The translations under genes and the position numbers were made by a program. Below are positions 8,840 to 18,200 of a stretch of DNA of 64,000 nt, piece by piece (within the stretch, counting starts at the first letter, position 1; each line of letters opens with the position of its first letter). The stretch is from a virus (lineage: Duplodnaviria > Heunggongvirae > Uroviricota > Caudoviricetes): the IMG/VR virus record IMGVR_UViG_3300042946_001496, one strand, 5' to 3'. The notes beneath the pieces were generated by a model that saw only the letters and a program-made list of their open reading frames with translations, had not been told where the DNA came from and did not search any database.

Positions 8840-9472
8840 ATGACGCCAGACTTCAAACTATGTAATTCATTCGACTCATTGCGAGAAGCAATGCAGAACA
8901 CAAAACAGACAACGGAAATGTCTGTTTATGAACATGGTGTAGATGTATACAAACACTTCAATGATTTGTGTACAATCTTAAATGATTATTCTCAATCAGA
9001 TTACTGGAAAATTCCAGAATGTATTATCAATAATTCAAAACAAATTTTATCTAATCTCCACACACCAGAAGTTATATTTCAATACACTATTTGGCATGAT
9101 TGTGGCAAGCCGTTTGTAGAGACAACAGACAGTGAAGGAAAAATTCACTTCCCCAACCATGCAGAAGCATCAAAAAAACTATATTTTAGACTTACTGGAG
9201 ATGGAATTGTCTCTGATTTAATGGGTTGGGATATGGCTATTCATAGTGAGCCATCTGAGGAGATTGACCGTTTATTGAAAACCGAATGGTCAAAAAAAGA
9301 TGCTTTCACTTTACTTTTAGCCACCTTGGCTGAACTGCACAGCAATGCTAATATGTTTGGCGGAAAAGACACAACTAGTTTCAAGACTAAGTACACAAAA
9401 ATTGAAAGACGAGCCAAACAGATTTGCAAGTCGTTACTTGACGATCAACTAATGGGTATCGAAAGTTTTTAA
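8840..9472 (+). CDS. putative HD-domain phosphohydrolase
   Basis: H..(YEHGVDVYKH), HD (WHDCGKP), H/H (HFPNHAEAS) spacing resembles the HD superfamily. Confidence 0.45.
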   Translation: MTPDFKLCNSFDSLREAMQNTKQTTEMSVYEHGVDVYKHFNDLCTILNDYSQSDYWKIPECIINNSKQILSNLHTPEVIFQYTIWHDCGKPFVETTDSEGKIHFPNHAEASKKLYFRLTGDGIVSDLMGWDMAIHSEPSEEIDRLLKTEWSKKDAFTLLLATLAELHSNANMFGGKDTTSFKTKYTKIERRAKQICKSLLDDQLMGIESF

Positions 9473-9487
9473 AAAAAGGAAAAAAAA

Positions 9488-9925
9488 ATGAACTTAAACA
9501 CTATGATTGAATTTTTGAACTGCGATCTTAGAAATGAATGGAAGCATCTTCGCTTTTATCTTTATCATGCAAGTGTTGTGGTTGGCTTGCATCATGAAGA
9601 ATATAAAGAATTATTTTTAAAAGAAGCTGCGAATGAGATGCAACACGTAACAGAATTTTCTAGCCTTATTCTTGGTCTTGGTGGAACTCCTACAAATGAA
9701 TCAAACGATTTTCCTTTACTTGAAAAGCCAGAAGAAATTATTAAATATGCATTATCGATGGAAAGAGAAGTAGTTGCTAATTATGTTCGAAGAATAGATA
9801 ATGCAAATGAACTCGGAAATCAAGACAGTGTTGATGCACGTTGGATTGAAATATTTTTAGAAGGACAAATTCAAAAAAGTCGTGAAGATATTGACAAGTA
9901 TGAGCAGATAATCAAAGGGTTTTAA
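9488..9925 (+). CDS. hypothetical protein, possibly ferritin-like four-helix bundle
   Basis: ExxH-type motifs (EAANEMQH; EREVVANY); weak. Confidence 0.35.
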   Translation: MNLNTMIEFLNCDLRNEWKHLRFYLYHASVVVGLHHEEYKELFLKEAANEMQHVTEFSSLILGLGGTPTNESNDFPLLEKPEEIIKYALSMEREVVANYVRRIDNANELGNQDSVDARWIEIFLEGQIQKSREDIDKYEQIIKGF

Positions 9926-9927
9926 TA

Positions 9928-10188
9928 ATGAAAGAAAAAAAGATATCAGAAATTGCATACTTTCTTTGGCAAGAAGCTGGCTGTCCAGAAAACAAAGATT
10001 TAGATTTCTGGCTGGCTGCTGAAAAGAAATATAAGTTACTGCAAACTTTTGAAAACAATAAAACTGATGACGTTGCTCAATTTAAAAGGATTTACATTCC
10101 TCTTATTAAAAAATTAAAATTATATCCAAAGTTAATTAATTGGCAGTCCAGCTCTTCATATCAGATAGATCCTGCTGTGTTGAAGTGA
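9928..10188 (+). CDS. DUF2934-like protein
   Basis: ISEIAYFLWQEAGCPENKDLDFWLAAE matches the DUF2934 pattern IA..AY.LW...G.PEG.DL.DWL.AE; C-terminus YKLLQTFENNK. Confidence 0.65.
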   Translation: MKEKKISEIAYFLWQEAGCPENKDLDFWLAAEKKYKLLQTFENNKTDDVAQFKRIYIPLIKKLKLYPKLINWQSSSSYQIDPAVLK

Positions 10189-10195
10189 ATAAAAA

Positions 10196-10390
10196 ATGAA
10201 CAATAAAAATTTATTAACATCATTTGAAAAAAAATGTCCACTTTGCAAAAAAGGAAAATTAAAAGAAAACACGATCGAGAGAGTTCGAGTTGACGGATTA
10301 CTAACTGAGAGATATATTATCTTTAATTTTTGCGAAACATGTCCATACGCCTCCTACAAGGAGATTGAAAGTGTCCACAGCGAAAATTGA
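10196..10390 (+). CDS. Zn-ribbon LLDSF-family small protein (outlier copy)
   Basis: MNNKNLLTSFEKKCPLCKKG...CETCPY. Confidence 0.5.
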   Translation: MNNKNLLTSFEKKCPLCKKGKLKENTIERVRVDGLLTERYIIFNFCETCPYASYKEIESVHSEN

Positions 10391-10394
10391 AAAT

Positions 10395-10832
10395 ATGATA
10401 GATAAATTAAAAGAACTTGATAATAATACTTTTTCTTTAATTCAAGAAATAAATAATATTACTAAAGATATAAACCAGCGTGTAGACATTATATGGAGAA
10501 GTTTGTGCGATTTATCTGGTAGAAAAATAAATTGGTATAGTTTTAACAATGACTCTCCTCCATTCGATACAGGGGAAACCACTGGTGGTAGTTTTGATAT
10601 CAGAATACACAAAGACTTTATAAGCTTGGTTGGAGAATTTGACAAAATAGGACATGGTCATTTATATGATAACGGTTTCCCTACAGAATTTTTATATGAG
10701 TCTAACGAAAAATGGAACAAAAAAGTATTAGATGATCTTCAAAGAGTTAAAAAAGAAAAAGAAATACTCAATCAAATACAAAATAAACTATCTGCAGAAG
10801 AATGGGAGTATCTAAAAGATAGATTAAAATGA
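10395..10832 (+). CDS. hypothetical protein
   Basis: Start taken at the first ATG (MIDKLKEL); the ORF-track start is a TTG. Confidence 0.4.
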   Translation: MIDKLKELDNNTFSLIQEINNITKDINQRVDIIWRSLCDLSGRKINWYSFNNDSPPFDTGETTGGSFDIRIHKDFISLVGEFDKIGHGHLYDNGFPTEFLYESNEKWNKKVLDDLQRVKKEKEILNQIQNKLSAEEWEYLKDRLK

Positions 10833-11074
10833 ATCTTAAAGATATTGTAGAAATTTCTTACATTGCACAAACTATATGGGAAAGCTCTGGCTGTCCTTCA
10901 GAAGAAGATTCAACTATCTTAAAACAAGCAACATCTCAATATAAACTATTGAGTACATTTGAAGAAAACAAATCTGTATCTGGATCCGGTTTTGCGTGGT
11001 CGAATTATACTGTAGAAGATTTAGGCAAAATGATTAAAAGATGGTTTCCCTCAAAAAAGAACAAATTACAATAG
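10829..11074 (+). CDS. DUF2934-like protein (divergent)
   Basis: IVEISYIAQTIWESSGCPSEEDS..YKLLSTFEENK. Confidence 0.55.
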   Translation: MNLKDIVEISYIAQTIWESSGCPSEEDSTILKQATSQYKLLSTFEENKSVSGSGFAWSNYTVEDLGKMIKRWFPSKKNKLQ

Positions 11075-11113
11075 AACAGTTTAATGAACCAATGCTTTGC
11101 GAGGTAAAAGAGC

Positions 11114-11293
11114 ATGATGACTTTTTATGAATATTTATCTATAAAAGATAAAATTGAAATATCAGAAATTGCACGGTTTTTTTGGCAAGAAGCAGGCTGT
11201 CCAGAAAACAAAGATTTAGATTTCTGGCTGCTTGCTGAAAAGAAGTATAAATTATTAAAAACATTCAGTAATAGTGCCATATTGAAAATTTAA
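11114..11293 (+). CDS. DUF2934-like protein
   Basis: GAGG RBS; ISEIARFFWQEAGCPENKDLDFWLLAEKKYKLLKTF; about 65 nt nearly identical to the 9928 gene. Confidence 0.55.
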   Translation: MMTFYEYLSIKDKIEISEIARFFWQEAGCPENKDLDFWLLAEKKYKLLKTFSNSAILKI

Positions 11294-11380
11294 ATAATAA
11301 ATAAAATATTAAAAACCGCTGGACTTTCTCCTGTTTTGTGCTATAATATTGGTCTTGTTAAGGAAAAACAGGAGAAAAAA

Positions 11381-11578
11381 ATGCCTAAAAAATATGCTTT
11401 ACTTTCTGTAAAAAATGGAATAGCGACAGTAAAACATAGATGTTGGTTTTGCAAAAAAAAACATAAACTAGAATATCCTTTAGATGATGTTGGAACAAAA
11501 AATAAAGTAAATTCTTTGTGTTTAAAATGTGAAAACGATCTAGATTATTTTAAGAAAACAAATCCAGAAATTTGTTAA
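11381..11578 (+). CDS. small zinc-ribbon protein
   Basis: CAGGAG RBS; CWFCKKK...CLKCEND. Confidence 0.5.
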   Translation: MPKKYALLSVKNGIATVKHRCWFCKKKHKLEYPLDDVGTKNKVNSLCLKCENDLDYFKKTNPEIC

Positions 11579-11582
11579 ATTA

Positions 11583-11789
11583 ATGAATACCGATAATAAA
11601 GATAAATTATTTGATTCTTTTAAAAATGAAAATCTATACAAAAACGAAAATCTATACAAAAGAAAACTAAAAGCTATCTGGAGTGTTGAGACACATCAAG
11701 ATTTGCGTTCATTTTGTAATACCGAAGCAGAAGCTGAATTGTCTAAAATTTTATCAGAATTATTTCAAAGCTTAAAGGAAGAAACTTGA
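11583..11789 (+). CDS. hypothetical protein with KLFDSF N-terminus
   Basis: MNTDNKDKLFDSF; contains an 18-nt tandem duplication (NENLYK x2). Confidence 0.45.
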   Translation: MNTDNKDKLFDSFKNENLYKNENLYKRKLKAIWSVETHQDLRSFCNTEAEAELSKILSELFQSLKEET

Positions 11790-11857
11790 GCATTTGTGCA
11801 ACAACAGGTAAGACTAAGTATAACAGTGATAAAGAAGCTGCTGTTGGTCTTGAAAAT

Positions 11858-11962
11858 ATGAAAAAACATCGCCCTGAGTATGAAGGCGAACCTTATTTTT
11901 GTATGTATTGCAGCAGTTATCATTTTGGAAAAAGACCAGAAAAGAAAAAGAAAGTAAAATGA
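11858..11962 (+). CDS. small Cys-containing basic peptide (possible TTG start at 11786)
   Basis: MKKHRPEYEGEPYFCMYCSSYHFG; its TGA overlaps the downstream ATG. Confidence 0.3.
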   Translation: MKKHRPEYEGEPYFCMYCSSYHFGKRPEKKKKVK

Positions 11963-12285
11963 AAATTAAAAAATATTCGAATGATAAGATAGTTTACTGT
12001 GAGAGGTTTAATGGAGCTGAGATGATCGCGAATGTTTTCGATGACAATAGTGGATATTTTGTTATTAGTAAAAAAAACAAAGAGATATATCTTAGAGAAG
12101 ACGCTACACCAAAACACTGGCTTGCGGATATTGAATTAAAAATAAAGCAATACAACGCAGCAAAAAATTTTTTAGAAAAATTAATTGAAAATCAAAATAA
12201 AGAAAAATTAGCTAAAAAGCCTGCTGAAAAAAAACGTATAAAAGCTATAAAAAAAGTTGATAAGCCGGTTGAGGTAAAAAAGTAA
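11959..12285 (+). CDS. hypothetical Lys-rich protein
   Basis: MKIKKYSNDKIVYC...; Lys-rich C-terminus. Confidence 0.5.
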   Translation: MKIKKYSNDKIVYCERFNGAEMIANVFDDNSGYFVISKKNKEIYLREDATPKHWLADIELKIKQYNAAKNFLEKLIENQNKEKLAKKPAEKKRIKAIKKVDKPVEVKK

Positions 12286-12286
12286 A

Positions 12287-12580
12287 ATGAAAAATTTTCT
12301 TTTATTAATTTGTTGTATGTTAATAGTTGGCTGTGAGCCGCAGGATAGCAAACAAGAAAAAATTGAAGAAAATAATAAAGAAGTTGCGGGTGGCGGACAG
12401 GTTATTGCAACATTTCCAGATGGAACAAAGATTAGATGTTATATTTTAAATGTACCCTATGTTGATAATACTTGGGGAAATCGTAAGGAAACATATCTTG
12501 TTGTTGAACCAAAAGACCCTAATAGTAAAAGCATATTAATCAATGGTCAGCTTTACGCCCCTGCCGAAGAAGATAAATGA
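12287..12580 (+). CDS. lipoprotein
   Basis: Signal peptide with lipobox LIVGC (MKNFLLLICCMLIVGC). Confidence 0.6.
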   Translation: MKNFLLLICCMLIVGCEPQDSKQEKIEENNKEVAGGGQVIATFPDGTKIRCYILNVPYVDNTWGNRKETYLVVEPKDPNSKSILINGQLYAPAEEDK

Positions 12581-12611
12581 TGAAGGGTAAAAATACTTAG
12601 GAGTTTTTTTC

Positions 12612-12797
12612 ATGGAAGAAATTGAATACAAAATAAGCTTTCCTGCTACGAATGAGACAAAGTCTTTTAAAATAAATGACAAGAACAATAACTTCATAGG
12701 AAGTATTTATATTTCTAACGATGGAATATATATTACCTTAAAAGATCATGAAATAACACCGTTTAACAAAACTAGACCTAGGGAGATAAAGTATTGA
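12612..12797 (+). CDS. hypothetical protein
   Basis: AGGAG RBS. Confidence 0.45.
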   Translation: MEEIEYKISFPATNETKSFKINDKNNNFIGSIYISNDGIYITLKDHEITPFNKTRPREIKY

Positions 12798-13039
12798 TTC
12801 TTAAAGTAAATGGAAAAATTGCAGCTAAAACATTAGTTGACATGAACAAAAAAACAATTGTTTGTGTAAATTGCAAATTTTTTGAAAATTCTCCAACAAT
12901 TGAGAGAGAATTTGATTGCTACGGAATGCTAGACGATGTTTTGAAAACGGGCTGCCTAGAAGGCTTGCGGGTTGAAAAAATTGTGCTCGATTGGTTTGAA
13001 AAGGTAAAAAATGACGCTACCTCATCTAATATTGCATGA
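12794..13039 (+). CDS. hypothetical protein (TTG start)
   Basis: GGGAG about 9 nt upstream of the TTG; CVNC..C. Confidence 0.4.
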   Translation: MILKVNGKIAAKTLVDMNKKTIVCVNCKFFENSPTIEREFDCYGMLDDVLKTGCLEGLRVEKIVLDWFEKVKNDATSSNIA

Positions 13040-13137
13040 AACCTTAGTTTTTTGCATAATATATTCTTATTATAATATGTTTATGGAAGATATGAAATGC
13101 ATCAAAGAAAAAAATATGAATGACTAACTATAGTAGT

Positions 13138-13165
13138 AGTTTCTTTCTGGTACGCTGCTACTGTG
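13138..13165 (+). promoter_or_regulatory. conserved GGTACGCTG promoter-like motif (variant tttctttctggtacgctg)
   Basis: One of 13 copies; lies about 40 nt upstream of a GC-rich small gene. Confidence 0.5.
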
Positions 13166-13197
13166 TATCGGAACCATTTTCACAAAGGATATTTGCT

Positions 13198-13368
13198 ATG
13201 GCTAGCGTCGTTGGATACAATAAGTTGGTCGCCGTTATTTTTCAGAAGTATCGTGAGGGCGGCAAGTCGATCAATCTTGCAGAGGCTCGTAAGAAGGCTG
13301 ATAAGATCAGCAAGAATGTTGATTTGAACAACGACGCGGCAATTATCGCTGCTGCCGATATGGTGTGA
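13198..13368 (+). CDS. small GC-rich-codon protein
   Basis: MASVVGYNKLVAVIFQKYREGGKS...; downstream of the conserved motif. Confidence 0.5.
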   Translation: MASVVGYNKLVAVIFQKYREGGKSINLAEARKKADKISKNVDLNNDAAIIAAADMV

Positions 13369-13488
13369 ATTTTAGTCACAAGGGACAGTAGCCGCTATTC
13401 CATATAAGTATGGCGTGGGTGGCTTTGGGGTTGGATCGTAAATGACCCGCTGACCTTATTTTCATTTCATTTAACAAGGAGAATTAAA

Positions 13489-13641
13489 ATGGCTCAGATG
13501 GGTGTTATTGTTCTTGATGGTTCGATTAACGCCGAGGCATGGGCTGCTAAGGTCAAGGCTGAGACTCCCAAGGCTGTTGTCGGTAAGACAGAAACTACGA
13601 TTCAGGGCGTTAATTACATTGTTATCGACAAAGATGGTTGA
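13489..13641 (+). CDS. small GC-rich-codon protein (50 aa)
   Basis: AAGGAG RBS; MAQMGVIVLDGSINAEAWAAKVK...; followed by a terminator. Confidence 0.5.
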   Translation: MAQMGVIVLDGSINAEAWAAKVKAETPKAVVGKTETTIQGVNYIVIDKDG

Positions 13642-13694
13642 TTAAACACACTTGCTACACCGCTCCTTTTGTGATGTGTATAATTGGCAAGTTT

Positions 13695-13728
13695 AAAAGG
13701 GAGGGGTGAAAACCCCTCCCTTTTTTTG
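13695..13728 (+). terminator. rho-independent terminator
   Basis: agggaggggt-gaaa-acccctccct hairpin followed by a T7 run. Confidence 0.8.
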
Positions 13729-13764
13729 TTTTTCATTTATCAATTAAAATAAAAAGAGAATAAA

Positions 13765-14175
13765 ATGGGAATGAAACTTTTCAGTTCAAGCAGCTATGAT
13801 CGTAAAGGAGATTGTCGTTGTGATCCGCCACCGCCATCAACAACAATTAATAACTCGTCAACAATAATTAACAACTATGCAACTCTTCAAAATCCAGATC
13901 CAAACAACTACTCAATTATTGATTCTGCTTATTACTCAAAGTTGACTCATGACGTTCTAGTTGTTAGAATCAAGTATCCAGATTGCACCAATTATGAAGG
14001 AGTAAAGATTCTAGTTTATGAAAACGTGAGTTTGGATGATTTGAAGTCCCAAAAAAGCATTGATCCTCACTTTTCAGAAAACAAGAAATATTACTCCCCT
14101 ATTGCTAGATTTGAACCAACAGAAAAAGGTTGGAAGAACGCAAACAATTTTGCAAAAAGTCTTTTGTCCAATTAA
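13765..14175 (+). CDS. hypothetical protein
   Basis: ORF. Confidence 0.5.
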   Translation: MGMKLFSSSSYDRKGDCRCDPPPPSTTINNSSTIINNYATLQNPDPNNYSIIDSAYYSKLTHDVLVVRIKYPDCTNYEGVKILVYENVSLDDLKSQKSIDPHFSENKKYYSPIARFEPTEKGWKNANNFAKSLLSN

Positions 14176-14194
14176 TCTTTAAAGAAAGAATAAA

Positions 14195-14689
14195 ATGTTT
14201 ATCAGTCATATTATCGCTTGTGGGTATGGCAAGTTTCCGGTTGAAATGCTAGCCAAAGAAAATTGCTATCCAAAAGAAACTGACGATGCAATAATCATTG
14301 CAGAAACCTTTGTTAAAAATGATCATTGGAAAGTAAAACTTTACAAGATTGGAGACGGGTGGCAAACAAACGAATGGAATAAGCGAGGGGCATATCTAGT
14401 TTTTGATATTCCTGCTTCTAAACCTGATCCAGAAGATTTTGTTGGTATTCCAAAAGACAAAAGCGATGATGGTTGTAGTCCCAAGAAACCTTATTGGGTT
14501 GGTAATAACGATCCAGAAGCATTTTATAAGTGGCTGGATGAGGTTCAGCCTAAAGCTAAAGAACTTAAAGATAAGTTTTACAAAGAAGTACTTGGTAAAA
14601 CAGAAGAATTGTTTAATAGCAGTGAAAATTTTCTTAAAGAAGTTTTTGAAAATTTTGAAAAAAATATCAGAAAGTTTAAAGAAAAATGA
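14195..14689 (+). CDS. hypothetical protein
   Basis: ORF; the overlapping alternate-frame ORF is rejected. Confidence 0.5.
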   Translation: MFISHIIACGYGKFPVEMLAKENCYPKETDDAIIIAETFVKNDHWKVKLYKIGDGWQTNEWNKRGAYLVFDIPASKPDPEDFVGIPKDKSDDGCSPKKPYWVGNNDPEAFYKWLDEVQPKAKELKDKFYKEVLGKTEELFNSSENFLKEVFENFEKNIRKFKEK

Positions 14690-14928
14690 ATTGGTTTAAA
14701 AAGCCAGATCCTTTAACAAGCGAACCTGTAGTGGTTACTACTGTCAAGGGTGATAGTGTTCTTTATAGAATGGTCACAGAGGCAGATATTAGACAAGAAG
14801 CATATTTTCTATGGGAGAAAAATGGCAAAGTCGGTTCTAGTGAACGGTATTGGTATGAGGCTGAACAGAAAATAAGAAAAATTTTGCTAAATCAGAAAAA
14901 TGAACAAACCACTAAACAGTTTTCTTAA
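14686..14928 (+). CDS. DUF2934-like protein
   Basis: IRQEAYFLWEKNGKVGSSERYWYEAEQKIR; ends ..KNEQTTKQFS. Confidence 0.5.
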   Translation: MNWFKKPDPLTSEPVVVTTVKGDSVLYRMVTEADIRQEAYFLWEKNGKVGSSERYWYEAEQKIRKILLNQKNEQTTKQFS

Positions 14929-15214
14929 TCTTAAAAAGATTGATATTGTTTTAGAAATACACAACAAAGAAGATTGTTTTTTAGTAATTTGCATTAATGA
15001 TGAACTAATTTGCAAATTAAAAAAACCAGAGTTATTTGGAAGCACTCCAAACGATAGGGATCTTAGTGCCTACGAGTACTTAGTTGAAAACAACTATCTT
15101 CCTTATAGAGATCCTCTTTATCCTCTTTATCTTGAAGGTTATTGTAGAGATCATGATGTCAAATTTAGTAGTATTTCAAAAACTTACATCAAAGGATTTA
15201 AACACCAAAGATGA
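14900..15214 (+). CDS. hypothetical protein
   Basis: ORF. Confidence 0.45.
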   Translation: MNKPLNSFLNLKKIDIVLEIHNKEDCFLVICINDELICKLKKPELFGSTPNDRDLSAYEYLVENNYLPYRDPLYPLYLEGYCRDHDVKFSSISKTYIKGFKHQR

Positions 15215-15420
15215 CTCGAAAACTGCCCGCAGTTAAAGAAAGAGTAGAAACAGGAAATTTAAAATTTGGGGACGATTGGACAGGTCTTTTCATAAGAGGA
15301 GATGACGCTTTTGCTTATGCTCTATTCCTTGAAAAGGTCTTAGAAGATAAGGCAGATGTTCTAGACAAAATACAACTAAAAAGTTTGCTTGTACTTTTAA
15401 GAGGAACTTTAGAAAAGTGA
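15211..15420 (+). CDS. hypothetical protein
   Basis: ORF, ATGA-coupled. Confidence 0.45.
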   Translation: MTRKLPAVKERVETGNLKFGDDWTGLFIRGDDAFAYALFLEKVLEDKADVLDKIQLKSLLVLLRGTLEK

Positions 15421-16322
15421 ACAGATATGGAATTTGCTGCATAATTCTTTCTTTAGCAGATAATAATCCTCCAAAGAAATTTCAAAGAATTACGTATAAG
15501 AAGTTTAGTCAAACTCCAAGAAGTGAGGCAATATCTGTTCTTAGCAAGCGAATCTTAAACAATATTGATGTTACATTTCATGCAATAAAATATTGCTATG
15601 AAAGAAACTATTGCTACAGACTAAGCAGCGATCTTTTTCCGCTGATTACTTATGATAAAGCAGAATTATCTCTTGAAGATTTGCCTGATTACAACACTCT
15701 TCTTGATTTGTATGAGCAAATAAAAGCATACATACAAAAAAACAATGTTAGAATTTCTTTGCACCCAAGCGAATACAATTCACTTGCCAGTGAGAATGAA
15801 GTTGTTGTAAACAAGACTATTCGTGAACTAAATTTTTATTCTAAGTTCATGGATCAAATCGGCTGTCCTGCTGACTACAATTCGCCTGTTAATTTTCATA
15901 TTAACAACAACCAAGGAACTTGCGAAGAAATAGTAGACCGTCTTGCTAGAAATTTAGAAAAACTTGATGAAAATTGCTATAGGCGGGTGGTGTTTGAAAA
16001 TGACGATAAGCCTAAATGTTGGAGCGTCAAGAAGCTAAACGAGTATTATCACAAAGTTACAAAAAAACCAATTACATTCGACTTCTTGCACCATAAATGC
16101 CACCCGGATAACCTAACAGAAGAAGAAGCATTTAATATTTGTTATGAAACTTGGGGAAACTATAGACCTATTTTTCACTATAGTGAGAGTAGAAGTGAAA
16201 AACAAATAAGAGCACACGCAGATTATCCTGAAAATAAACCAAATACTTATGGAAAATCGTTTGATGTTGATATAGAACTTAAAATGAAAGAGAAAGCAGT
16301 AGAAAGGATTCTACAGTTATGA
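15417..16322 (+). CDS. uvsE: UV DNA damage endonuclease (UvdE/UvsE family)
   Basis: Blockwise match to Bacillus UvsE as recalled from memory: YRLSSDLFPL, RISLHPSEYNSLAS, VVFENDDK, ITFDFLHHK, SEKQIRAHADY, FDVDIELKMKEKAVERILQL. Confidence 0.85.
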   Translation: MNRYGICCIILSLADNNPPKKFQRITYKKFSQTPRSEAISVLSKRILNNIDVTFHAIKYCYERNYCYRLSSDLFPLITYDKAELSLEDLPDYNTLLDLYEQIKAYIQKNNVRISLHPSEYNSLASENEVVVNKTIRELNFYSKFMDQIGCPADYNSPVNFHINNNQGTCEEIVDRLARNLEKLDENCYRRVVFENDDKPKCWSVKKLNEYYHKVTKKPITFDFLHHKCHPDNLTEEEAFNICYETWGNYRPIFHYSESRSEKQIRAHADYPENKPNTYGKSFDVDIELKMKEKAVERILQL

Positions 16323-16717
16323 TTAAAGTTAGATTTCACCTTGGAAGAGGAGAAAATTATAAGCATTGGCAAATTGTAGAATTTCCAAATGTTAAATACT
16401 TTGATCCAAATGAAAACAACTTAATTCTTACTAATTGTCTTTTAAAAAATAATAAAAATGTAGCAGAAAAAATATACAAAGGAGAAAACAAAACAGTTTG
16501 TGCTTGGATACTTTGTGAAAAAGTTGACATTGTTTTAAACAGTAACTTCAATAAAAAGAAATATAAAAAAATATCTTACAATCCTAAAAAGTTTCCATAT
16601 TGGATTAATCTAAGCGAGAACGAACTTCTACAGACCTTTGATGACAATAGATCTATAGATAACTATAAATTTTCTGAAATAAGAAGTATTGGTAAAACTT
16701 TATACGCAATTGAATAA
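16319..16717 (+). CDS. hypothetical protein
   Basis: ORF. Confidence 0.5.
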   Translation: MIKVRFHLGRGENYKHWQIVEFPNVKYFDPNENNLILTNCLLKNNKNVAEKIYKGENKTVCAWILCEKVDIVLNSNFNKKKYKKISYNPKKFPYWINLSENELLQTFDDNRSIDNYKFSEIRSIGKTLYAIE

Positions 16718-16728
16718 TTTACCGCCGG

Positions 16729-16753
16729 TCTGGTGGTACGCTGGTCTGGTGTC
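16729..16753 (+). promoter_or_regulatory. conserved GGTGGTACGCTGG promoter-like motif
   Basis: tctggtggtacgctggtctggtgtc; 34 nt upstream of the HTH gene. Confidence 0.5.
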
Positions 16754-16786
16754 TCCTTTCAATCATCCCACATAGAGAGTATAGCC

Positions 16787-17218
16787 ATGTTCCGAGATAT
16801 TTACACCGATCATTTGGACGATAACAAGAACAGTGTTGACTATAGCAAGAGTTATAACGAGCGTAATTTTTATGCTCCTAAGAAGCGTGCGGGTAAGATG
16901 CACGTTAAGCATCGTAAATTTGTGGAAACTATCAAGCGTGTTTTCAGCGAAGGTGGTAATTATTCCGATGTTGCTCGTGAATTGATGGTTAGCCCTAGTG
17001 CCGTCTACACCAGGGTCAAGAAACTCAAGGCTCAAGGCGACAATAGTCTTCCTGCGATTTCTAGTGGTCGTAGTAGTGATGCTGCCGCTGATGCTGTTGG
17101 TATTCTTAATGAACTTGGTGTTCAAGTTGAATATACTCCTCCCGCTTCTCTTGAAAGTATGAGTGCAAGCGTGGCTGTTGAAGCGAATGAGATTCTTCGT
17201 CAGCTTGGAATGAACTAA
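16787..17218 (+). CDS. small HTH DNA-binding protein (sigma-region-4-like paralog family)
   Basis: DVARELMVSPSAVYTRVKKLKAQG plus C-terminal ANEILRQLGMN; GC-rich codons; internal ATG taken as the start. Confidence 0.6.
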   Translation: MFRDIYTDHLDDNKNSVDYSKSYNERNFYAPKKRAGKMHVKHRKFVETIKRVFSEGGNYSDVARELMVSPSAVYTRVKKLKAQGDNSLPAISSGRSSDAAADAVGILNELGVQVEYTPPASLESMSASVAVEANEILRQLGMN

Positions 17219-17225
17219 TCATTTG

Positions 17226-17268
17226 CCGGGGAGTGATGATGAAAAACTCTCACTCCCCGGCATTTTTG
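17226..17268 (+). terminator. rho-independent terminator
   Basis: ccggggagtga...tcactccccgg hairpin followed by cattttt. Confidence 0.75.
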
Positions 17269-17324
17269 GTTTTATTGCATTTGCCGAATGGTTTGCGATC
17301 AAGAAAAATTAAAAGGGTAAAACA

Positions 17325-17627
17325 ATGAAGGTAAATCCAACTGAACTTGAGTTGATTCTTGGCAAGGCAAGTCGTTTGGCAGATGAGATGGAAAGAAAGC
17401 ATCTTGATACTGCTGAACATAATCTTGAGTTGCTTAAGACTCTTGCTGTCATCAAGACCAATCTTGAACGAGCAGTAAAGCAACAGCCTAACAATCTTGC
17501 GACCGCTGTTTACGACAGTATTGATCTTGCAAGAAAGTTTACTCCCTACACTAATAACGGCAAGATTCAATATGATCCTCCTTTGACTGATGCTGAAAAA
17601 ACCTTAAACATTACTGTTGCATCATGA
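17325..17627 (+). CDS. hypothetical protein (GC-richer codons)
   Basis: ORF. Confidence 0.5.
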   Translation: MKVNPTELELILGKASRLADEMERKHLDTAEHNLELLKTLAVIKTNLERAVKQQPNNLATAVYDSIDLARKFTPYTNNGKIQYDPPLTDAEKTLNITVAS

Positions 17628-18004
17628 AAAAATTACTTAACATTAGTCTAAAACTAACATGTGGTGCAGAGAAGTTTGGTCTTTGTGATACACTCAACAT
17701 CAATTTAAATTTAGATTTGGAAGTCCAATCAAGTAATGATGAATTGTGTAGACCTGAAATTTCCAGCCATATTGTTGATTATGCTACTTTTTCTCCAAAA
17801 AAATTAAACGGACTTGAATCTTTTGTTGATAAAAACCACAAGGATATTTGGGATGATTTAACCGACGATCAAAAAGAAGATATTCATTCTTGGATAACTA
17901 AAAGATTAAAAGAAGAAGAAATAAAGGATCTAGTTGAGGAAGAATTCGTTAATAAATGTATTTCAGAGGCAGAAAGATACTACGAAAGAATTTCTGAAAG
18001 GTGA
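17624..18004 (+). CDS. hypothetical protein
   Basis: ORF. Confidence 0.5.
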   Translation: MKKLLNISLKLTCGAEKFGLCDTLNINLNLDLEVQSSNDELCRPEISSHIVDYATFSPKKLNGLESFVDKNHKDIWDDLTDDQKEDIHSWITKRLKEEEIKDLVEEEFVNKCISEAERYYERISER

Positions 18005-18198
18005 AAATGAACATAGTCAAAAGCATTTTTAAGCGAAATTATAACAAGAAAAAGATTCCAAGTTATATTTCTGCTGCTATTCGTAAAGTTCTTGAGATCA
18101 AGAAAAACAAAAGCAAAGAAGAAGAAGAGTTTCATCGTCTTTGCGAAAGTGGTTACATTCTTTTTGATGAATACAGCAATGATATGGAGGGTTACTAA
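18001..18198 (+). CDS. hypothetical protein
   Basis: ORF. Confidence 0.45.
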   Translation: MKMNIVKSIFKRNYNKKKIPSYISAAIRKVLEIKKNKSKEEEEFHRLCESGYILFDEYSNDMEGY

Positions 18199-18200
18199 AA

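Noticed and set aside
9488-9925. Confident ferritin/Dps assignment
   Set aside because: Only loose ExxH patterns are present and the paired second motif is not convincing. It is kept as a low-confidence hint.
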